Source: Bacteroidota bacterium
Lineage (GTDB): Bacteria; Bacteroidota; Bacteroidia; Bacteroidales; Rikenellaceae
NCBI GenBank assembly: GCA_023443765.1
Contig: JAEZTA010000002.1
Span: 2,056-66,055 of the forward strand
Direction: 5' to 3'
DNA length: 64,000 bases
Within the stretch, counting starts at the first letter, position 1. The number at the start of each line of letters is the position of its first letter. Both the position numbers and the translations under genes were made by a program. The notes beneath the pieces were generated by a model. The model saw only the letters and a list, made by a program, of their open reading frames with translations, was not told the origin of the DNA and made no database searches. Positions 29,971-39,737 of the stretch are shown here, one piece after another.

Positions 29971-32166
29971 TTATTCCGCTTTGAGCAGGAATACGCCGCT
30001 GTCGTAAATCTTCGGCATCGAGGGGTTGATGCCGGCGTTCGAGAGCATTTCGCCGCTGAGGGTCTTGCCTTCGAACCAGTTGCGGGGTTTGTCGACGTTC
30101 AGCTCGCGGATGGTGTAGCCCGTCTTCGGGTCGAGGCCCTGCAGGCGGAATTTCGGGATCAGCGAACGACCCTGGTATTGCAGGCTGTAGGTGAACAGCA
30201 CGGCCTGTTTCTTATCCTTCGAGACGTAGAGTACGCCGTAGCAGCCGCTGTTGTCGTAGGGCGAGCCGATGCGGTAGAGGTCGCCCTGCATCACGATGTC
30301 GCGGTACTCCTTGTAGCTGGCGATGGCCCGGCGGGCGAACGTCCGCTCTTCGTCGGTCATCTGCTTGGGCTGGAGCTCCATGCCGAGGCGTCCGGCGCAG
30401 GCCATGTCGAAGCGGAACTTGATCGGCGTGATGTTGCCCGTCTGGTGGTTGGGAACGGCCGAGACGTGCGAACCCATGACGATGGCCGGGTAGAAGAGGC
30501 TCGTGCCATATTGGATGCGGGCACGGGAGAGGGCCTCGGTGTTGTCGCTGGTCCACACCTCGTCGAAGTATTTCAGGGCGCCGTATTCCACACGGCCGCC
30601 GCCCGAGGCGCAGGCCTGGATCAGCACGTCGGGGTATTTGGCGCGGATGCGCTCCATCACCTTGTAGAAACCCTGCGTGTAGTCGATCCAGAAATGCGAC
30701 TGCTCGTCGGCGGGAAGGTAGGCCGAACCCACGTTGTTGGCGTTGCGGTTGGCGTCCCACTTGATGTAGTCGATCTTATCCGAGAGTTTTAGGGTGTTGT
30801 CGAAGACCTCGAAAACGAAATCCTGCACCTTGGGGTTCGAGAGGTCGAGCAGCCACTGGTTGCGGGTCTGCGGAGCTTCGCGCTTCGCGGGGCGGACGAT
30901 CCAGTCGGGGTGTTTCTCGGCCAGTTCGCTTTTGGGGTTGACCATCTCCGGCTCGATCCAGATGCCGAATTTCAGCCCCTTCGAATGGGCGTAGGAGGCG
31001 ATGTGGTCGATGCCTTCGGGCAGTTTCGCGGTGTTGACCTGCCAGTCGCCCAGTCCGGCCCGGGAGTCGTTGCGCGGGTATTTGTTGCCGAACCAGCCGT
31101 CGTCGAGGACGAACATTTCCAGGCCCATCGAGGCTGCGTCGTCGATCATATCTTTGAGCACCTTGGCGTCGAACTTGAAATAGGCGCCTTCCCAGCTGTT
31201 GAGCAGCGTCGGAACGACCTCGTGGCCGTGGTAAACGCCGTAGTTGCGCGCCCAGTCGTGGAGGTTGCGCGAAGCGCCGCCCGCACCGCAGAACGAGTGG
31301 GTGTAGATCATTTCGGGTGTGGTGAACGACGCGCCCGGGCGGAGTTTGTAGGCCGAGGAGTTGGGATTGGCGCCGGCGAGGATGGTCAGCGCGTCGTATT
31401 CGTCGACCTCGAAGTTGAGGCGGAAATTGCCGCTCCAAGCCAGCGCTCCCCCGATCACCTCGCCGCACGTCTCGCTGAATGTGTCGCTGTTCAGCGAAAG
31501 CAGGAACGTGGGATTCTCGGTATGGGTCGTGCGCACTTCACGCATCGACTCGATGCTTTTCGAACCGTGGGTCAACAGCGTGTGGTCGACCTGCGCCTCG
31601 CGGGCCCAGGCTCCGTAGAGGTGGGTCAGGAGGTATTTGTCAGCCTTCAGGGGCAGCGACGAGGAGTAGAAGCTATGCAGTGTGACGGGGCCTTTCTCGC
31701 GGTTGCGGATCACGGCGTGCGTAGTGATGACGTTCTCTTTGGCGTAGGCCGTGAAGACCAGTTCCACGTCGAGCGCCTGGCAGCAGTCGGTCATCTTCAC
31801 GACGGTTTCCGTTACGTTTTTGTCGGAGAGTTGTTTCGAAGCGTGCGATACGTAGCGCAGTTCGGTGTTCATGTCGCCGTCGGCATGGGTGACGCGCAGG
31901 GCCGGTTCGCGGAAGTTGCGGCCTCCCTGTGCCGAGTAGGCCAGGTCTTCGGTTCCGTGGTCGCCGCGGCGGTTGCTCTTGTAGGCGGCCAGCGGCGCCG
32001 TGTCGTCGATACGTCCGCCGAAGTGGCGGAAATAGACCTCACCCCCGGGAGTGGCGGTGAGCACCATCGAGACATTGTCGGTGCTGATGTCGATGACCTG
32101 CGGCGCGGCGGCCGATACGGTGTTCGCGGCAAAAGCGATGATCAGGGGAATCAGTAGTTTTTTCAT
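29971..32166 (-). CDS. GH36 alpha-galactosidase
   Basis: LNSWEGAYF, FVLDDGWF, FGIWIEPEMV, YIKWDAN (nucleophile), CASGGGR, WTSDNT (acid/base). Confidence 0.95.
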   Translation of the reverse strand: MKKLLIPLIIAFAANTVSAAAPQVIDISTDNVSMVLTATPGGEVYFRHFGGRIDDTAPLAAYKSNRRGDHGTEDLAYSAQGGRNFREPALRVTHADGDMNTELRYVSHASKQLSDKNVTETVVKMTDCCQALDVELVFTAYAKENVITTHAVIRNREKGPVTLHSFYSSSLPLKADKYLLTHLYGAWAREAQVDHTLLTHGSKSIESMREVRTTHTENPTFLLSLNSDTFSETCGEVIGGALAWSGNFRLNFEVDEYDALTILAGANPNSSAYKLRPGASFTTPEMIYTHSFCGAGGASRNLHDWARNYGVYHGHEVVPTLLNSWEGAYFKFDAKVLKDMIDDAASMGLEMFVLDDGWFGNKYPRNDSRAGLGDWQVNTAKLPEGIDHIASYAHSKGLKFGIWIEPEMVNPKSELAEKHPDWIVRPAKREAPQTRNQWLLDLSNPKVQDFVFEVFDNTLKLSDKIDYIKWDANRNANNVGSAYLPADEQSHFWIDYTQGFYKVMERIRAKYPDVLIQACASGGGRVEYGALKYFDEVWTSDNTEALSRARIQYGTSLFYPAIVMGSHVSAVPNHQTGNITPIKFRFDMACAGRLGMELQPKQMTDEERTFARRAIASYKEYRDIVMQGDLYRIGSPYDNSGCYGVLYVSKDKKQAVLFTYSLQYQGRSLIPKFRLQGLDPKTGYTIRELNVDKPRNWFEGKTLSGEMLSNAGINPSMPKIYDSGVFLLKAE

Positions 32167-32188
32167 GGTGTTTTTGGGGTTTCTGGCC

Positions 32189-32231
32189 CAAAGATACGAA
32201 AATATCCGAAACGATCCGAAATGAACCGAAA
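32189..32231 (-). promoter_or_regulatory. -7 element of GH36 overlapped by four phased CGAAA repeats
   Basis: TATCTTTG (minus strand) 32189-32196; CGAAA at 32197, 32207, 32217 and 32227. Confidence 0.6.
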
Positions 32232-32257
32232 TAATACCGTAATGCGACGGGTTCCGA

Positions 32258-34999
32258 TCAGAATGTATAGGTGACGCGCAGGTAGCCGTAGCGACCCAGG
32301 TAGGAGGTCGAGGAGGTCAGGATGTAGTCGGTTTCGAAGCGGGTGGTGGCGTAGTCGGGGCGGTTGAGGATGTCGATGAAGCCTACGGAGCAGCCCAGCC
32401 GGTTTTCCTTGCCGAATTTGCGCCCGGCCGAGGCGTTGAGGATCACGTTGTGGCGCGTGAGCGTGTGCGAACGGCTATTGCAATAGAACTCGTAGAGCGT
32501 GCCGACCGATCCGAAATACTTGCCGAAGCGCAGGTCGACGCGGGCGTTGACCTGTTCGCGCAGCTCCTGCGAAGTCTCCCGCTGGGTGGTGTAGGAGCTC
32601 ATCGAGGTATTGGAGCGGATGTAGAGTTTGACCTTGGTCGAAAAGCCCGAGTCGAACCCGAAGCCGATGCGGAGCGAATGCCGGGCCGAATGGAAAAGTT
32701 CGTCGCCGGTGAAGTAGGGGGTCTGGTCGAAGCCGTAGTTGACCGAGGCGTTCACGGTCGACCGCAGGGGATTGATCTGCTGTGAGTAGGAGACCGAGCC
32801 TCCGATGCTGTAATTGCCTCCGACGTTATCTTGCGTGGTGAGCTGTGCGCCCTTCTGCGCCGTGTAGTCGTACTGGGGCAGGTAGGTGTCTTCGAGGAAG
32901 AGCGTGCGCCGCGAGGCGATGTAGTTGAAGGTATAGCTGCCGTTGAGCCGCACGCTGAAACTGAGGGCTTTTTTGACATCGGTGAACTGGAATCCGGTCG
33001 ATCCCGAGAGGTTGTTCTGCAGTTTGAGGTCGGGGTTTCCGGCCTGTAGCGCCAGGGGATTGGAGGCGTCGAGCGTCGAGCGCAGCGATTCGAGCGAAAT
33101 CATCTGCGGAAAGGAGGTGAGATTGAACGTGAACCGCCGCCGGGACTTGCCGACCGAGAGAAAAATCGCCGGGTTCAACTCAAAGAACTGCCGCGGAAAA
33201 CGCATGTCTTCGGGAAAACGTTCGCTGCGGGCAACGTCGTAGAGGATTCCGCCCAGCCCGACCGACATCCAGACATCTTCGTGCCGGTATTGCAGATAGG
33301 TTTGTATGCTGTGGGTATAGGTGTCGGTCGTATAGTTGTAGGAGTTGACCGTGTCGATGACGCCCCGCGGATCGCTGAGGAAATCGACCGCCAGCTGTTT
33401 CGAACGCTCGTAGTCGCGGCTGAAGCTGTACGAGGCTGAGAACGAACCCTTTTTGCCCAGTTTGTAGCGGTAGCCCACGTTCGCGCCGAACGAATAGCTG
33501 AGGCTGTTGCCGTCGTTGCGCAGTTTGACCTGCAGGCCGGGTGTCGAGGCGGCGGTGTCGATCCGCCAGCCGTCGCGGTTGCCGGTGTCGTATTTGCCTG
33601 AGGCGCTGAAAGTCAGGGTTGACCGTTTGGAAATCCTTGTTTGGTAGTAAAGGTTGAGGTTCAACCGGATGTTCCGTTTGTCGGAATTGCTGTTGAGGTC
33701 GGTCCGGGTATGCTCGTCGTCGATCTGCTGTAGTGTGCGGCTGTGGCCGGAGTAGGAGCCATTGTCGAACGAAAAGGAGGTCGTGGCGCCGAAAACCTTC
33801 TTTTTCCGCTGGATGCCGATGATGTTCATCACGTCGGTCGAGAGCGATTTCGAGAGCGACTGACTGGTGTTCTCCTCGTTACGCAGGGCATAGGCGTCGG
33901 TCGGGAAATATTCGGTCTGCGAGCGGTTTATGCTGCTCTGGCGGTTGCGCCCGAACCGGACGGTGGTCATAACGTCGGTCGAGTCGCCTCGCCGAAGGGA
34001 GTATTCCCCGCGGGCGTCGGTCTGTTTCGAGGGGGTGGTTTTCGAATTGAATGAAGCATTGTCGCCCTGCTGGATGTGGTCCTTCGAATTGGAGGCTTCG
34101 AGGCGTATGTTGCCTTTTTCGCTGTTGCGGTAGAAGGTCCCGGCTTCGGAATGGCGGATTTCGTGCCGCCCGGAGTAGTCTTTTTCGAGGCTCGCGCCGA
34201 GCGAGGCTTCCAGGTTGCCGCCCTGGATGAAACCGCGCTTCGACTTGGTTTCGACATCCATCACCTTCTCCTTTTCGGCCGTGTTGTCGCCCATGCGCTT
34301 CGCCGTGGGGCTCAGGTCTTCGTAGACCCGCACGCTTTTGACATCCGAGGCTTCGAGGTCGGAGAGGACGTAGGAGGTTTTGGAGCCGAAGAGGTTTTTA
34401 CCGTCGATCAGCACCCGTTTGACCTCCTGCCCTTCGGCGTAAATCTTATTGTCTTTGATCTCGACCCCCGGGAGTTGTTTGAGCAGTTCCGCGAACCGGT
34501 CGTCGGCCATGGTTTTGAATGCCCCGGCGTTGTAGACCGTCGTGTCGCCCCGGAAAACCATGGCGACCTGCTGTCCGACGACCACTACCTGGGCGATCGA
34601 CTGTTCGTCGAATTCCATTTTGACATCGATGCTGCCCCGGAATTCGTTCTTGCCGTAGCGTTTTTTGAAGGGTTTATAGCCGACGTAGGAGACTTCCAGG
34701 TCGACCGAGTCGCGGAAAATCCGGTCGCAGCGGTAGGTGGCCAGGATGCGGTAGGAATCCTCCTTGGCGGTTGTTCCCCGCAGGGTGTCGGTTTTGCTGA
34801 TGATCGAGACCGTGGCGCCGATCAGCGGGTCTTTCGTCTCTTTGTCCAGTACGATAATGGTCGTCTGGGCCGATCTGCCGCTGCCCATGAACTGCGCGTA
34901 GACCATGCGGGACTGGGGCGCATCGCTTCGGGCCGGGTGCGCGGAGGGCATGCCGACAAACCCGAAAAGGGCGAGAATCAGTAGTATGTAACGCGTCAA
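32258..34999 (-). CDS. Outer-membrane beta-barrel protein with N-terminal carboxypeptidase-regulatory-like domain (TTG start uncertain, 34999 or 35029)
   Basis: PLIGATV, GDTTVYNA..F, LLKQLPGVE, V.IDGK.FG motifs; amphipathic strands; ends YTF. Confidence 0.85.
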   Translation of the reverse strand: MTRYILLILALFGFVGMPSAHPARSDAPQSRMVYAQFMGSGRSAQTTIIVLDKETKDPLIGATVSIISKTDTLRGTTAKEDSYRILATYRCDRIFRDSVDLEVSYVGYKPFKKRYGKNEFRGSIDVKMEFDEQSIAQVVVVGQQVAMVFRGDTTVYNAGAFKTMADDRFAELLKQLPGVEIKDNKIYAEGQEVKRVLIDGKNLFGSKTSYVLSDLEASDVKSVRVYEDLSPTAKRMGDNTAEKEKVMDVETKSKRGFIQGGNLEASLGASLEKDYSGRHEIRHSEAGTFYRNSEKGNIRLEASNSKDHIQQGDNASFNSKTTPSKQTDARGEYSLRRGDSTDVMTTVRFGRNRQSSINRSQTEYFPTDAYALRNEENTSQSLSKSLSTDVMNIIGIQRKKKVFGATTSFSFDNGSYSGHSRTLQQIDDEHTRTDLNSNSDKRNIRLNLNLYYQTRISKRSTLTFSASGKYDTGNRDGWRIDTAASTPGLQVKLRNDGNSLSYSFGANVGYRYKLGKKGSFSASYSFSRDYERSKQLAVDFLSDPRGVIDTVNSYNYTTDTYTHSIQTYLQYRHEDVWMSVGLGGILYDVARSERFPEDMRFPRQFFELNPAIFLSVGKSRRRFTFNLTSFPQMISLESLRSTLDASNPLALQAGNPDLKLQNNLSGSTGFQFTDVKKALSFSVRLNGSYTFNYIASRRTLFLEDTYLPQYDYTAQKGAQLTTQDNVGGNYSIGGSVSYSQQINPLRSTVNASVNYGFDQTPYFTGDELFHSARHSLRIGFGFDSGFSTKVKLYIRSNTSMSSYTTQRETSQELREQVNARVDLRFGKYFGSVGTLYEFYCNSRSHTLTRHNVILNASAGRKFGKENRLGCSVGFIDILNRPDYATTRFETDYILTSSTSYLGRYGYLRVTYTF

Positions 35000-35261
35000 A
35001 CCGGGGAGTGAACGATTTATTGGCTGCAAGGTAGCAATTTCTGCCCATAGTACAATCGGTCCGTGGAAAAGAATTTTTGGCCCCGATGGTCTATTGCGAA
35101 TCGAAACTGATCGGAGGGATTTAGTTAAATTATTTAGGAATATCCCGCGGGATACGTCCGGATCGCAACCAAAGGTGAATTCGTACCCTGAAAAGGCCTT
35201 CTGAATGGTGTTTTTTTCTTATCTTGCAACGCAAGACCCATCATTAATTAAAGAGACAGGT

Positions 35262-35450
35262 ATGAGGAAAAGAGGATTCGATCGCCATACGGCGGCCGGC
35301 CGGATGTGGGCTCCGGACCGTGCCGACGGGTTCCCTGCCTGGGCACCCCCCCCCGCGGAAACTGACGTATTCCCCGTTGACAGTTGCGTGTTTTCAGCTA
35401 TCCGACCGTTGCTCCGGGCAACAGCCGAAGGGCATTTTTGTGTTCCTTAG
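35262..35450 (+). CDS. Possible 62-aa leader peptide containing a C9 tract
   Basis: ATG after an A-rich stretch and a TATCTTGC -7-like box; C9 at 35346-35354; no recognisable homology. Confidence 0.3.
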   Translation: MRKRGFDRHTAAGRMWAPDRADGFPAWAPPPAETDVFPVDSCVFSAIRPLLRATAEGHFCVP

Positions 35451-35475
35451 TGATTAAAAATCCCTATTATTCGGG

Positions 35476-35507
35476 ATTGCCGCCCGTTTTGCAGGCTCGT
35501 ATCTTTG
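35476..35507 (+). promoter_or_regulatory. Bacteroidetes -33/-7 promoter for the TonB receptor operon
   Basis: ATTG-N20-TATCTTTG. Confidence 0.7.
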
Positions 35508-35556
35508 TCCCTCAAGAACGAATAACATTCATACTATTCACATAACCCTGTTTGCC

Positions 35557-38448
35557 GTGAAGAAATTTTTACTAGTGCTTTTATTGGCGGGCTTCTGCAT
35601 TCCGTTGGGTGTGCAGGCCCAGGCTCCGAAGAAGGTTTCCATCGAGGGAACCGTGACGGAGTATAACACGAAAGAGCCGGTTGCGGGCTGCGTGGTTGCC
35701 ATCCCGACGCTCGAACTGTGGGTGGTGACCGATGCCAAAGGCCGGTTCCGGATGCCGTCGGTGACTACCGGCAGCTATACCATCGAGACGACCTGCCTGG
35801 GCTACGAGCCCCTTTCGTACAAGGTGACGATCACCTCTTCGATCGGAACGCTGTCGTTGCGCCTCAGGGAGTCGAGCCTGCAGCTGAATACCGTGACCGT
35901 GACGGCCCAGCGGGGCCGCAGCATCAACACCTCCTCGACGATCGATCGTCAGGCGATGGACCACCTGCAGGCCACCTCCGTCAAGGACGTGATGCAGCTG
36001 CTGCCGGGTGTCGTAACGTCGAATCCCGACCTGACGAGCAGTTCCTACAACTTTATCGGCATCCGCGACCTGAATACCAACAGGACTACCGTGGAGGCTG
36101 TGGGCGTTAACTCCAGTTCGGTCGGCATTTATGTGGATGGCGCATCTGTCAAAAACGATGCTTCGCTTGTCGGAGGAAAGGCCTCGGGCTTCGGACAGAC
36201 ACTGAATAAGGGTATCGACATGCGTACGATCTCGACCGACAATATCGAGTCGGTGGAGGTGATCCGGGGTGTGGCTTCTGCCGAATACGGCAATATGAGC
36301 GCCGGTGCCGTCATTGTCAAGACCAAGCAGGGCCGCACACCCTATGAGGTGCGTGTCAAGGCGGTTCCCAACACCAAGGCAGTGGCGCTGACCAAAGGTT
36401 ACGCGCTGGGGCCCGATAAAGGTTTCCTGAATGTGGGTCTCGATTATGCCAATGCCATGAAGGATATCCGTACGTCGAAGGATGCTTACGATCGCGGAAC
36501 CTTCTCGGTCATGTACAGCAATACGTTCAACCGTGATCGCACGCCGTTTCAGTTTAATGCGAAGGTGAGCGGTTATCTTTCGAAGGGCACGAGCAAGCCC
36601 GATCCTGATGACCTGTCGCAGGACGAACGCAAGTTCCTTGACGACAAGAGCCTTTCGATCAACCTGAACGGTTCGTGGTTGCTCAACAAGTCGTGGATTA
36701 CTTCGCTGAAATATGTCCTGAGTCATACTATGACGCGTGAATATGCCCGCGACAAAGCGTTATCGACTTATGTTGGTGTCGCTAATCCCGGGGCTACTGA
36801 GCCCGGGGAAGGGTTCGTGGAGTTCACGCCGGACGATTATCTGAGCGATATCCGCAATTTGAGCATGGCTTATTACACCAATGCCAAACTGCTGGCCGAA
36901 CTTTCGGGCCGCTACGGCAAGGTCTACAACAAGGCAATGGTCGGCGTTGAGTGGAACAACTCGGGTAACACGGGCAAGGGTCAGTATTACGAAGGTGTGC
37001 GTCCCATGCAGTTCCGCGCCCAACCGTTCAGCGATATTCCCTTCATGAATCAGGTGGCGGTTTTCGTTGAGGAGAAGGCGACCCTGCCGATTGGTAAAAC
37101 TTCGCTTACGTTACAGGCCGGAGGCCGTTTTACCTACCTGGCGACTGATCAGTTGAATGAAAAATGGGCTGTCGATCCGCGTTTTAATGCTAAATATACC
37201 ATTATTAACAACCGGGCTCCTAAGAAGGTTCGCGAACTCAGTATCCGTGGTGGCTGGGGTATTCAGACCACACTACCCGGCCTCTATGCACTCTATCCGT
37301 TTGCCTCATATATCGACAACTATTCGCTGCGACTGCCCGCTGCCGGCGAGCGGCCTGTTACGGAGGCCTGGACGACCGAAGTGACGACGGCTGAGGAGTT
37401 GACTAATCGTGACTTGAAGATGCAGTACAGCAAGAATTTCGAAGTCGGCATTGATTTCGAAATGTTTGGTGTTAAGGGTAGCATCGCCTACTACAATGAG
37501 AAGATGCGTAATGGTTACTCTACGCTGTACATGCCCGGCGTGTACAGTTACCGGGAGTATGACTATTCCGGTACGGAAACCCCGGTATACATCGACGATC
37601 CGAAGAACCCGGGGCAGAAGGTGCTGGGTATAGGCGGAGTGCCGCTCGACTACCAGACGGTGACTAAGTTTAAGAATATCAAAAAGCCCGGCAATAACAA
37701 TGAATACGACAAACAGGGCGTCGAATATACGTTGGACTTCGGGCAGATCCGGGCGATCCGCACCTCGATCATTGTCAATGGTGCTTATATGCAGATGAAA
37801 AATCTGTCGGATGTCGGAGCCAAGCAGCTTTTCGATGCCACTTATACGTCGGGAAAAATACAGATCAATGGTCAGAACGTTTACAACCCGGTCTACGGCG
37901 GATATGATGGCGGAAAGAGTCTGCAGGGTGCAGCTGTCCGCAAGCGTCTGAACTCCAATTTCAGCTTTATCACTCATATTCCCAAGTTGCGTCTGATCAC
38001 CTCGCTAACGGTGCAGTGTGTGTGGTTTGACCGCAGCCGTAACCTCAAGAACAGTGGCGTTTATTATGAGGATGCCGAAGGCAATAAAATTTACGATTTC
38101 GAGGGCCAGGTCAATGGAACGCTTTACAAAGATCCCGATTGGTACATGGATGCAGCCGGGAATCTGCTGCCGTTCGATCCTTCGTTGTATGAGGGTGATC
38201 TGCGTAACGCATTCATGACCTACCGAACAACGTCGACCAATTCGAGCCTGTTTGTGCAGAACTCGTTCAAACCCTACTTTATGGCGAATATCCGTATCAC
38301 TAAAGAGATCGGCAATATCGCTCAGATTTCGTTCTATGCCAATAACTTTACCAACTCACGTCCCAAAATGAAGTTGCAGAGTACGGGCACTTATACGACG
38401 GTCAATACCGATATTTATTTCGGTGCGGAACTCAAACTCAAATTCTAA
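35557..38448 (+). CDS. TonB-dependent receptor (non-SusC type)
   Basis: N-terminal CarboxypepD-like domain, LNTVTVTA TonB box, DMRTISTDNIESVEVIRG.SAEYG plug motif, ends LKLKF. Confidence 0.92.
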   Translation: MKKFLLVLLLAGFCIPLGVQAQAPKKVSIEGTVTEYNTKEPVAGCVVAIPTLELWVVTDAKGRFRMPSVTTGSYTIETTCLGYEPLSYKVTITSSIGTLSLRLRESSLQLNTVTVTAQRGRSINTSSTIDRQAMDHLQATSVKDVMQLLPGVVTSNPDLTSSSYNFIGIRDLNTNRTTVEAVGVNSSSVGIYVDGASVKNDASLVGGKASGFGQTLNKGIDMRTISTDNIESVEVIRGVASAEYGNMSAGAVIVKTKQGRTPYEVRVKAVPNTKAVALTKGYALGPDKGFLNVGLDYANAMKDIRTSKDAYDRGTFSVMYSNTFNRDRTPFQFNAKVSGYLSKGTSKPDPDDLSQDERKFLDDKSLSINLNGSWLLNKSWITSLKYVLSHTMTREYARDKALSTYVGVANPGATEPGEGFVEFTPDDYLSDIRNLSMAYYTNAKLLAELSGRYGKVYNKAMVGVEWNNSGNTGKGQYYEGVRPMQFRAQPFSDIPFMNQVAVFVEEKATLPIGKTSLTLQAGGRFTYLATDQLNEKWAVDPRFNAKYTIINNRAPKKVRELSIRGGWGIQTTLPGLYALYPFASYIDNYSLRLPAAGERPVTEAWTTEVTTAEELTNRDLKMQYSKNFEVGIDFEMFGVKGSIAYYNEKMRNGYSTLYMPGVYSYREYDYSGTETPVYIDDPKNPGQKVLGIGGVPLDYQTVTKFKNIKKPGNNNEYDKQGVEYTLDFGQIRAIRTSIIVNGAYMQMKNLSDVGAKQLFDATYTSGKIQINGQNVYNPVYGGYDGGKSLQGAAVRKRLNSNFSFITHIPKLRLITSLTVQCVWFDRSRNLKNSGVYYEDAEGNKIYDFEGQVNGTLYKDPDWYMDAAGNLLPFDPSLYEGDLRNAFMTYRTTSTNSSLFVQNSFKPYFMANIRITKEIGNIAQISFYANNFTNSRPKMKLQSTGTYTTVNTDIYFGAELKLKF

Positions 38449-38460
38449 ATGCTGCAGACG

Positions 38461-39720
38461 ATGAACAAGATTTTTACCTATATTTTACCGGTGGCCGCCG
38501 CCCTCCTGTTGAGCAGTTGCCTCAAGGATATGAAAGAGACCGAACTCTTCGAAGGCAGTAAAGAGGTCGAAGTGAGTATTACGCTCCCCGAAGCGCTGGA
38601 AGCCGAAGCTAAGAGCGATTTCAAGGTCATATTGCGTAATTCGAAGACGGGTGTTGTACTGACTACTCTGACCGATGCACAAGGTGTAGCACGTCTGGAA
38701 ACTGAGTACGGTACGTATAGCGTGATCGTAAGTAAACAGATCGAGGTGGAAGGCGCCATCAAGATACTCTCGTTTTCGCAGAATATCGTATTGTCGCGTA
38801 ATGATAAGGCGGTTGAAAAGCTGACCGCCGAACTGACTGCTTCGAACAAGGGAACGATCATCCTGAAAGAGGTCTATTTTCACGTGGCCAAAACGCCCAG
38901 TGGAGCCAACTACACTTCCGACCAATATTTTATCCTCTACAACAACTCGGATAAAGTACAATATCTCGATGGCATCGGCCTGGGGACGCATACGACCTAT
39001 AACTCGAATGCCAAACGGATTTACGTGAAATCATGGCTGGGGGATGATAATACTGATCCGCGTGACTCGGTTCCCATCTGTGCTTTTGGGTTCAATTTCC
39101 CGGGCAAGGGGACGGAGCATCCACTCCAGCCTGGCGAAGAGGCGGTAGTTGCCCTGAGCGCTATCAACCATACGAGTGCCATGACGACCGTACCCCTGAA
39201 TCTGGCGACGGAGAATACCTGGGCTATGTGGATGCCGGCGCTGAAACTGCAAAAGACTCCCGAAGTTCCGCAGGATCGGTGGCTGAATCCCTATTGTGAG
39301 CAAGGTATGGGAACGATGTATACGATCTCCCGGACCTCTCCGACATTTATTATTTACCGTATCGAGGGAAGTGCCGAGGAGTATGTAAAGGATGGGGTTA
39401 CGCTCGGAGAGCCGGGCGGACATATGATTTCCGCGCCTCCGACATATACCAGTAAGATATATTCGATCATGATTCCCAAAGAGTGGGTTTATGACGGAGT
39501 TGAATTCCGCATCTCCGAGAGCGAAGTTCCGCGCCTTTGCCCGGAAATCAGCTTACAGTCCCTGCTGATTACTTCGGGGCAGGGTTCAGGTATCTCCTAC
39601 ATCCGTAAGGTCGACGAGGAGGCTACCGCGGCGGCTGGACATACGGTTTATCAGGATACCAACGACTCTTCGCAGGACTGGGTGATGATCCCGCGGCCGA
39701 CGCTTTACAAGGGTAACTAA
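38461..39720 (+). CDS. DUF4876-like lipoprotein (alternative start 38449)
   Basis: Lipobox LSSC; ILKEVYF, DQYFILYNNSD..YLDG, FPG.G..HPLQPGE, YQDTNDSSQD motifs; position between TBDR and barrel. Confidence 0.8.
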   Translation: MNKIFTYILPVAAALLLSSCLKDMKETELFEGSKEVEVSITLPEALEAEAKSDFKVILRNSKTGVVLTTLTDAQGVARLETEYGTYSVIVSKQIEVEGAIKILSFSQNIVLSRNDKAVEKLTAELTASNKGTIILKEVYFHVAKTPSGANYTSDQYFILYNNSDKVQYLDGIGLGTHTTYNSNAKRIYVKSWLGDDNTDPRDSVPICAFGFNFPGKGTEHPLQPGEEAVVALSAINHTSAMTTVPLNLATENTWAMWMPALKLQKTPEVPQDRWLNPYCEQGMGTMYTISRTSPTFIIYRIEGSAEEYVKDGVTLGEPGGHMISAPPTYTSKIYSIMIPKEWVYDGVEFRISESEVPRLCPEISLQSLLITSGQGSGISYIRKVDEEATAAAGHTVYQDTNDSSQDWVMIPRPTLYKGN

Positions 39721-39737
39721 CTCAAAACGAAAAGATC

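Noticed and set aside
35050..35550. Cobalamin or TPP riboswitch before the TonB receptor
   Set aside because: Could not find the conserved cobalamin (AGGGAA...GCCACTG) or TPP (CTGAGA) cores; an Rfam scan would be decisive
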